Shown here in pieces: positions 57,569 through 64,000 of a stretch of DNA of 64,000 nt (positions within the stretch are counted from its first letter, which is position 1; every line of letters begins with the position of its first letter). The stretch comes from an uncultured Pelagibacteraceae bacterium. Lineage in GTDB: Bacteria > Pseudomonadota > Alphaproteobacteria > Pelagibacterales > Pelagibacteraceae. The translations under genes and the position numbers were made by a program. Location: contig CACJKF010000002.1 of NCBI GenBank assembly GCA_902593905.1, positions 1,742 to 65,741 of the forward strand, given 5' to 3'. Below the pieces are notes generated by a model. The model saw only the letters and a list, made by a program, of their open reading frames with translations. It did not search any database and was not told the DNA's origin.

Positions 57569-58744
57569 TTAATTATTTTTAACAGGTTTGTAAAAAAGGT
57601 CTGGCTCTAATTGCAAATAAACAAGACTATACCAATCATAGTGGGCATCAGTGGAATGAACAGTAATAATTCTGTTATTATTAAAATCAATTACTATTTG
57701 TTGACCAGCAAACCCATCCATCATTAGTATTGGCCTCTCTTTAATTCCAATAGGATCAAAGTGAAACTGACCTCCATAACTTTGTGTTGCAGCATGATTA
57801 CCGATAAACTTACTATATTTATCTTTTTTCTTATCAACTCTATTCTCGTAGATTGTTTTTAAGTATTTACCAACACAAGTATCATTCTTCCAATGATCCA
57901 TTATAAGTTTAGCTATTCTCAAATAGTCATACCTTTGTGCATAAAAAGAATATCTACCGTATTCTCCTTTTTTTCTGTTACTGAATTTGTGTTTTTCCAA
58001 AGACTTTCCAAAATAAACACTTTTTTCTACCTTTGCGTCCTCAACAAATATCTTATGTAGTAATTTTTCCCAATCATCATCAGTTTTATATATAACATAA
58101 TTCATAATTACATTAGTAGTCATGGCACTATAGTTGTAATGATTGCCAGGGTCATAACCAGTTTTACCTTCAAAGTGTCTTTTCAATACAGATTTAATAG
58201 GTGTTGAATTAACATTAGTTCCTTTACCGTTAATTCTGTTATCTTTTCTATAAAATCTTTGACCAACAATGGGTTCATCACCTGCTTGCATGTTAAGTAA
58301 ATTTAATAATTTTTGATCTTTATATAAAGTATTAGCAACAGTTGGGTAATCTATATTATCAAAAACTGAATTAATATAACCATCACATACAGCATAACCA
58401 GTAACAAGGCTTACTAAACTTTTCCCTACAGAATGTGAAGGATAGTAACCTCCTTTGTATTTACTTTTTCTATTTTGATCTACTAAAATTTTATTATTTT
58501 CAAATAAGATATAACTAACTAGGCCTGTTTTTTTATCTTTAATTTGCTCATCTACTTTTTTAGATAAATCATTATTTTGTAAATTAATCTCGAAACTGTA
58601 GGTATCATTTTTCTTATCACCTATTTTATATTTGTGCATACAATCAAAACAGTATTTTTCATTAGCGTGATGAGCAAATAAAAGTGAATAACTTGAATTT
58701 AACAAAAGTATGCTTAGAATTGTTTTTGATAAAAGTCTTTTCAT
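57569..58744 (-). CDS. Secreted serine hydrolase (beta-lactamase-like fold)
   Basis: SxxK motif (SVGKS), LLNMQAG, YNYS, GFAGQ. Confidence 0.8.
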   Translation of the reverse strand: MKRLLSKTILSILLLNSSYSLLFAHHANEKYCFDCMHKYKIGDKKNDTYSFEINLQNNDLSKKVDEQIKDKKTGLVSYILFENNKILVDQNRKSKYKGGYYPSHSVGKSLVSLVTGYAVCDGYINSVFDNIDYPTVANTLYKDQKLLNLLNMQAGDEPIVGQRFYRKDNRINGKGTNVNSTPIKSVLKRHFEGKTGYDPGNHYNYSAMTTNVIMNYVIYKTDDDWEKLLHKIFVEDAKVEKSVYFGKSLEKHKFSNRKKGEYGRYSFYAQRYDYLRIAKLIMDHWKNDTCVGKYLKTIYENRVDKKKDKYSKFIGNHAATQSYGGQFHFDPIGIKERPILMMDGFAGQQIVIDFNNNRIITVHSTDAHYDWYSLVYLQLEPDLFYKPVKNN

Positions 58745-59652
58745 TAAAGTGCAACAACAGCAGCAGCCATGGAAGCAAGTCTTGCTTGAGTATCATCAGC
58801 TCTACTTGTTATTACAACAGGTACTTTTCCACCAACCACTACACCAGCTGCACATGCTCCCATAAAAAAAATCATCATTTTTACTAAAGCATTTCCGGTT
58901 TCTACATTAGGAACTAATAATATGTCGGTATTACCAGCGACAACATTTTTAATTCCTTTAATTTGAGCAGCTTTTTCAGAAACTGAATTATCGAATGCCA
59001 TTGGTCCAAATACTTCTGCGTTTAAACCTTCTTCTTTTGCTCTTTTAGTAAGTTCGTTTGCCTCTAAAGAACTAGGCATACTGTCTAATACTTCTTCTGT
59101 TGCTGATAGCACTGATACTTTTGGTTTACTAATTCCTATTCTACTCGCAAAATCTATTGCATTTTTTAATATATGCATTTTAGTTTCTAATTTTGGCAAT
59201 ACATTTAATGCCCCATCAGTAATGATAAATGGTTTATCATTTTTTTCTAAAGTCATATGCCAAATATGACTAAGTCTTTTTTTTCCTATTAAATTCAAAT
59301 CTCTTTTTAAAACTGCTTTCATAAGTACGTCTGTATGTATATGTCCTTTAACAATTATTTTAACTTTATCTTCACTTGCCAGTTTTGCTGCAATTGGTGC
59401 AGTACTATTTTCATCTGGTTCATTAATAATTTCATATTTAGAAATATCCCAGTTTAATTGATTAGCATTATTTTCAATAACTGATTTATCCCCGATAAAA
59501 ACTGGTATGATTAAATTTGCATCTACTGCTTGTTTTGCTGACTCAATTGAAACTGGCTTTACAGCGTTAACTATTACGGCTTTTGCCGGTCCTTTTGTTT
59601 TAGCTATTCTAAGCAAATTTTCTGGGCAAATAATATCTTTTTTACTAAGCAT
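58744..59652 (-). CDS. pta: Phosphate acetyl/butyryltransferase
   Basis: KGHIHT, TDGALN, GPMAFDN, PNVETGN, ITSRAD; fits Xsc acetyl-phosphate fate. Confidence 0.8.
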   Translation of the reverse strand: MLSKKDIICPENLLRIAKTKGPAKAVIVNAVKPVSIESAKQAVDANLIIPVFIGDKSVIENNANQLNWDISKYEIINEPDENSTAPIAAKLASEDKVKIIVKGHIHTDVLMKAVLKRDLNLIGKKRLSHIWHMTLEKNDKPFIITDGALNVLPKLETKMHILKNAIDFASRIGISKPKVSVLSATEEVLDSMPSSLEANELTKRAKEEGLNAEVFGPMAFDNSVSEKAAQIKGIKNVVAGNTDILLVPNVETGNALVKMMIFFMGACAAGVVVGGKVPVVITSRADDTQARLASMAAAVVAL

Positions 59653-60649
59653 TTAATTCTTCCATTTCTTTTAAAATTTTTGCAGGAATAGATATATCTT
59701 TATTTAAATTCTTTTTATACGTCTTATTTTTTCTTTCACCTGGATATAAAATATTTGAAAATCCTTTTGCTTTAGGAAGTTTTTTTACAAGCTTTATATT
59801 TTTCTGCATTTCTTTAACGAACTTATTTCCGATAAAAATTTTTGGATTAATAGTAATAAATAAATGGCCCATATTTTGGGGTCCTGAAAAATCATCAAAA
59901 GGATCTTTTGTTTTTCCTCCATGGCTACTACCTGTGAAGACACCGCTTAGAATATCTATCATCCAAGCTAAGCCAGAACCTTTAAAACCTGCAATGGGTA
60001 ATTGAGTACCCTCAAGAGCCTCTTTAGCGTTAGTAGTAATTTTACCTTTTTTGTTAAGAGCAACACCGTGTGGAATTTTCAAACCTAACTTGTCAGCTCT
60101 TCGTATAGTTCCTCTGTTTATCATTGACGTTGAGGCATCATAAATAAAAGGAACTTTTCCTGTAGGAACACCAAAACAAATAGGGTTTGTACCAAATAGA
60201 GATTTCTTTGCACCATATGGAGCTAAAGCGGCAGGCGCATTAGTAAAACAAAAAACCATCAATTTATCATTTACCGCATGTTCTGCATAAAAACTTGAAA
60301 GTCCGTAATGTCCGCTTTTTTTTATTGCCACTAAACCTATTCCAGTTTTTTTTGCATTTTTAATTGCTTGCTTAATACCTATATCAGCACCCACAAAACC
60401 AATACTGTTATCTGCATCGATATAGGAAATTGAAGAACTTATTTTTTTTATTTTAATTTTGGGTTTGGGGTTAATTACTTTTGCTTTAATTCTATCACAA
60501 TACATTTTTAGCCTTGCTAAACCATGACCTTTAGCTTCCAGAATTTCAGCTTTAATTAAATAATCTGAACAAACTTCAGCATGTTTATTTGAAAGTTTAT
60601 GTTTGAGGAAAATTTGTTTAAGTTTTGTTTTTAGAATATTTTTTTTCAC
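59645..60649 (-). CDS. comC: Ldh2/ComC-family dehydrogenase, probably sulfolactate dehydrogenase
   Basis: GHGL.RL, SGHYG, GTNPI, FKGSGL, YPGE; sulfonate context. Confidence 0.7.
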   Translation of the reverse strand: MKKNILKTKLKQIFLKHKLSNKHAEVCSDYLIKAEILEAKGHGLARLKMYCDRIKAKVINPKPKIKIKKISSSISYIDADNSIGFVGADIGIKQAIKNAKKTGIGLVAIKKSGHYGLSSFYAEHAVNDKLMVFCFTNAPAALAPYGAKKSLFGTNPICFGVPTGKVPFIYDASTSMINRGTIRRADKLGLKIPHGVALNKKGKITTNAKEALEGTQLPIAGFKGSGLAWMIDILSGVFTGSSHGGKTKDPFDDFSGPQNMGHLFITINPKIFIGNKFVKEMQKNIKLVKKLPKAKGFSNILYPGERKNKTYKKNLNKDISIPAKILKEMEELNA

Positions 60650-61080
60650 TTAAATTTTTTTTTGCCTTTTTCTTCCCAAAAATTTGTTCTTTGCTCTGGG
60701 TTCTCAACTAAATTTTTACACATCATGCCATAATTTTTAGCTAGTAAGGAAAAATCTTTTTTGGCCAGTTTAACAAATTTTTCTACATTATCTTTAGTCA
60801 TTTGAGACATAACTTCAGGATTTAATCCCATAATTTCTCCAAGATCATAATTATATTTTAAAGATACATCTGCACTATTTTCAAGACTATCAATTATACT
60901 TTTATCTTTTCCAGCATCTTTAAAACTCTGTGCCGCAACTTTGTAGAAACTATAACAATTAACATAATCTTTTTGGATATTTTCCATAACATATTTAGCG
61001 ACTTTTTTTTCTTTAGCATTTTCATTTGCATTTAAAGAAAAAGGAGCAACAATTAATATTAACAATATTATTTTTTTCAT
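60646..61080 (-). CDS. Secreted hypothetical protein
   Basis: Signal peptide; two cysteines (CYSFY, CKNL). Confidence 0.65.
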   Translation of the reverse strand: MKKIILLILIVAPFSLNANENAKEKKVAKYVMENIQKDYVNCYSFYKVAAQSFKDAGKDKSIIDSLENSADVSLKYNYDLGEIMGLNPEVMSQMTKDNVEKFVKLAKKDFSLLAKNYGMMCKNLVENPEQRTNFWEEKGKKKFK

Positions 61081-61769
61081 TTATATTTCCTCATGGAAGC
61101 TTCAGCTAATATTAAATTGGGGTCCATAAATATTTTTGATACTTTAGCTTTCTTAAAAGACTTATAGGCAAAAATTGCAATTGGCAACTCAGTACAGCCC
61201 AAAATGATTTTTTTACAGTTCATTTTTATCAAATAATTAACAGCAGGTTTAATAGCTCTCTCAGCTTCTTTAGTTTTACCCATTTTAACCAGTTTTATAG
61301 ATTTATTTACACTTCTTATTTGTAAGTTTTTATTAGGCGATATTAATGTGTAATTTTTGTTAAAGTAATAACTGTAAACCCCTGTTTTAATAGTGGCATC
61401 TGTAGCTAAAAGACCAATTTTAGAATTCTTTTTACAATTTTTTTTCGCGTTTAAATATACAATCTCTGGCATATTTAAAATCGGTATCTTTATTTTTTTC
61501 TTAAGATCTTTGTACCAATAATGTGCAGTGTTACATGGGATTGATATAAACCTACATTTATTTTTTTGCAAAAACCTACATCCGTGAATAAGGCTTTTTA
61601 AAACCTTGTTATATTTTTTAAGATTTTGTTTTCGGTCAGGAATGTTAGCTTTATTATATAAAACAAATAGAGGATACTTTTGGTCTGCTTTTCCTCTATT
61701 TAATTTTGCAAGCTTTGAACAAAAGTCTAAGCCTGCTTGTGTGCCCATGCCACCAAGAATTCCAATCAT
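61077..61769 (-). CDS. Asp/Glu racemase family protein (possible cysteate racemase)
   Basis: IGILGGMG; two catalytic cysteines in PCNTAH and LGCTELP. Confidence 0.85.
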   Translation of the reverse strand: MIGILGGMGTQAGLDFCSKLAKLNRGKADQKYPLFVLYNKANIPDRKQNLKKYNKVLKSLIHGCRFLQKNKCRFISIPCNTAHYWYKDLKKKIKIPILNMPEIVYLNAKKNCKKNSKIGLLATDATIKTGVYSYYFNKNYTLISPNKNLQIRSVNKSIKLVKMGKTKEAERAIKPAVNYLIKMNCKKIILGCTELPIAIFAYKSFKKAKVSKIFMDPNLILAEASMRKYK

Positions 61770-61784
61770 AAATTATTAAATTAA

Positions 61785-63692
61785 TTAACCTTTTCCTCGC
61801 CAAGGAATAGTTTTGTCTATTATCTTTCTTATCGTGATATCAAAAATTAAACCCAACATTCCCATAATAAATATAGTGATCCATATTACTTCATATTGAA
61901 AATATTTTTTAGCGACATTTTCTACGAAGCCAACTCCCGTAGTTCCCGCTAAAAATTCTGCAGCCACCAATGTTCCCCAACACATTCCTGTCGCCACTCT
62001 TATTCCAGTAAGTATTTCTGGTAAGGAATTAGGAAAAATAACATGTCTTAATATTTGCCATTTTGATGCTCCGAGAGAATGTGCTGCATGAATTTTTGAT
62101 AACTGAGTTCCTGAGGCGCCAGCTCGTGCTGAAATTATCATAATTGATAACGACACCATAAATAACAAAAATACTTTTCCAAGATTGTCTATTCCAAGAA
62201 CTGAAATCACTAATGGGGCCCATGCTAAAGGTGGAACTGGCCTGTATAGTTCAATTAAAGGATCAAAAAATCCTTTTGCAAATCTGTTTAATCCCATAAA
62301 TAATCCTAATGGAACTCCAACTATTATCCCTGCTACTAATCCAAGGAACACTCTTAAAAATGAATCCCATATATGACCAGTTGGAATTGGAATTTTAAAT
62401 AAATTAAAGTCTCCTGTTACAAAACTTAAAACTTTACTTTTGAAATTAGGCTTAATTTCACCTTGTTCATTATGAACTGGGTATTCTCCAGGTAAAATAT
62501 CTGCAAACCAATCAGGTATTAAAAAGCCAATTATCTTACTTACATCCATCATTTCGTACCAGATTAATGGAATTTGTTTGTAACCCACATTAGGGTTTAA
62601 CATTAATGTAAATTTATTAAGTGTATCTGATGGTTTTGGAAGCCATCTACCTGAGCCTTGTTCTGAGCAACTTGGGCCACTAGAAATGATCGTGCCTGAT
62701 GGGAACAAAAGAAGATCTACCCATCTAAGACTGCCTTGTTCTTTTTTTTGCACGTTATCAAAATTGATTATTGATGCCTGCATGTCATTTAGAGTATTAG
62801 GTGGAAATATACTTGCGTATTCAATTCTACGTGCAATCTTGAGAATATCTTTCGCTAATGAAGAGGAAATTTCCTCAGAGGAGCTTAAACTGTCTCTATA
62901 ATCTTTTATTTCTTTTTTTAGTTTTTCTAAGGCTGAAGCATATTGTTCATTATGATTTTTAAGTTCAAAGAATTCATCACTTATCAAATTTAATTCTGTG
63001 GATGCTGCCTGGAATTTTAAACCTCGCTTTGTTTTTGGAATAAAGGGAATTTCGATTGTATTTTCAATTGAGGTACTCGATGCTTTCCAAGAACCTTCTT
63101 CGTTAGCAGCTTCAATTCTTTCTAATTCTTGTTCGGCACTCTCATTAGGATAATCACTTCTTTTAAAATTCTCAGTTAGATTTACAATTTTTTCATTTAT
63201 TAATTGAATTTGCTGTCTAGTATCATTACTTAAAAGTTGTTCATTTGTAAGCAATGGAATTGTATTCTTAGTTTGAGAGACAAAGTTTAGCAACTTGCTT
63301 TTATCTTGATTTTTGATACCTGATTTTTCTATTTCAATAGTGATTTTGTTTAAATTTTCTGACTCAGTTTCTATTACCGATGTACTCTTAAGTTGACGTT
63401 CATCTATTGGAAATAGATACTTAAGTGAGAGAAGAGACTCGTTTACTTTTCCAACTTGGCAAAGTTCATTAGCTGACTTTGGAAAAAAAGACTTAGCTAT
63501 GTCCCATGAATAATAGAGCCAAACTAATAAAAGAAAACTACTTCCTACAATAACCCAATGGATACCTCCTTTGGCTCTTTCTGGATTACCAAAAACAGCA
63601 TCGACTTTTTCAGTTCTAATTAATTTTCTGCCATATAAAACACACCCTACAATAGCGAAAAAAAATAAAAATGTTAGAAAACCTGTTATCAT
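61785..63692 (-). CDS. tauC: Taurine/sulfonate ABC permease with long N-terminal extension
   Basis: C-terminal ~200 aa: RPVPPLAW, HAAHSLGAS, WGTLVAAE. Confidence 0.8.
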   Translation of the reverse strand: MITGFLTFLFFFAIVGCVLYGRKLIRTEKVDAVFGNPERAKGGIHWVIVGSSFLLLVWLYYSWDIAKSFFPKSANELCQVGKVNESLLSLKYLFPIDERQLKSTSVIETESENLNKITIEIEKSGIKNQDKSKLLNFVSQTKNTIPLLTNEQLLSNDTRQQIQLINEKIVNLTENFKRSDYPNESAEQELERIEAANEEGSWKASSTSIENTIEIPFIPKTKRGLKFQAASTELNLISDEFFELKNHNEQYASALEKLKKEIKDYRDSLSSSEEISSSLAKDILKIARRIEYASIFPPNTLNDMQASIINFDNVQKKEQGSLRWVDLLLFPSGTIISSGPSCSEQGSGRWLPKPSDTLNKFTLMLNPNVGYKQIPLIWYEMMDVSKIIGFLIPDWFADILPGEYPVHNEQGEIKPNFKSKVLSFVTGDFNLFKIPIPTGHIWDSFLRVFLGLVAGIIVGVPLGLFMGLNRFAKGFFDPLIELYRPVPPLAWAPLVISVLGIDNLGKVFLLFMVSLSIMIISARAGASGTQLSKIHAAHSLGASKWQILRHVIFPNSLPEILTGIRVATGMCWGTLVAAEFLAGTTGVGFVENVAKKYFQYEVIWITIFIMGMLGLIFDITIRKIIDKTIPWRGKG

Positions 63693-64000
63693 TTAAACTT
63701 CTTTTCCCATTATTTCTTCTTCCATGTCCCATATCATAGTGAGAATTTCTTCTCTTTTAGAGACGAACTCTTTATTGTTTTTAATATCTCTCAAGTCTTC
63801 TTTAAGACCCATCGATGCGAAAGGTAATTTATATTCTTTATGTATTCTGCCTGGTCTTGGCGCCATCACGTAAACTTTTTCTCCAAGTAATAACGCTTCT
63901 TCAACTGAGTGAGTTATTAGAATTATTGTTTTTCCGGTTTCTTTCCAAATTTTGAGAACTAAAGATTGCATCTTTTCTCTTGTTAAAGCATCTAAAGCAC
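63693..64000 (-). CDS. tauB: Taurine/sulfonate ABC ATP-binding protein (5'-truncated)
   Basis: ALDALTREKMQ D-loop read beyond the listed ORF; ILITHSVEEA H-loop; PRPGRI. Confidence 0.8.
   Translation of the reverse strand, partial: ALDALTREKMQSLVLKIWKETGKTIILITHSVEEALLLGEKVYVMAPRPGRIHKEYKLPFASMGLKEDLRDIKNNKEFVSKREEILTMIWDMEEEIMGKEV

Noticed and set aside
58630-58655. CFDCMH as a heme c attachment site in the serine hydrolase
   Set aside because: It is CxxCxH, not CxxCH
1190-62901. Numerous antisense or out-of-frame ORFs in the track (e.g. 1190-1492, 3164-3517, 16832-17329, 24496-24948, 25714-26133, 46955-47329)
   Set aside because: They lie within well-supported genes and have no motifs or SD; shadow ORFs
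1-64000. Prophage, IS or defence island
   Set aside because: No integrase, transposase, phage structural or restriction genes recognised; composition looks uniform

Overview
This is an AT-rich, very gene-dense chromosomal segment with many 1-8 bp gene overlaps. Gene content and style point to a SAR11/Pelagibacterales marine alphaproteobacterium (inference). From left to right: (1) a tandem glycine riboswitch with gcvT-gcvH-gcvP; (2) a photo-oxidative stress region with ufaD/ufaO/ufaM-like furan-fatty-acid genes, Fe-SOD, TspO, MsrA, a domain-inverted photolyase and an FeS-less (6-4) photolyase; (3) housekeeping genes (hisI, folE, acuI, LysR, rseP, hup, two tandem amtB, recX, cysQ, mnmA, metC, CADD-type pABA synthase); (4) a ~28 kb organosulfonate hub (aprMBA, TauE, suyAB, xsc, pta, comC, hpsN/O/P-like genes, a TRAP system, tauBC). 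I saw no mobile elements, CRISPR arrays, rRNA or tRNA. The strongest leads are a 126-aa HxGH nucleotidyltransferase in the position sat normally takes before aprMBA, a ~170-nt free-standing structured RNA after mnmA, and an unannotated 27-aa ultra-basic peptide resembling tiny ribosomal proteins. Four small ORFs missing from the supplied track were found by manual translation. All calls come from motif and family recognition by eye; no database searches were run.
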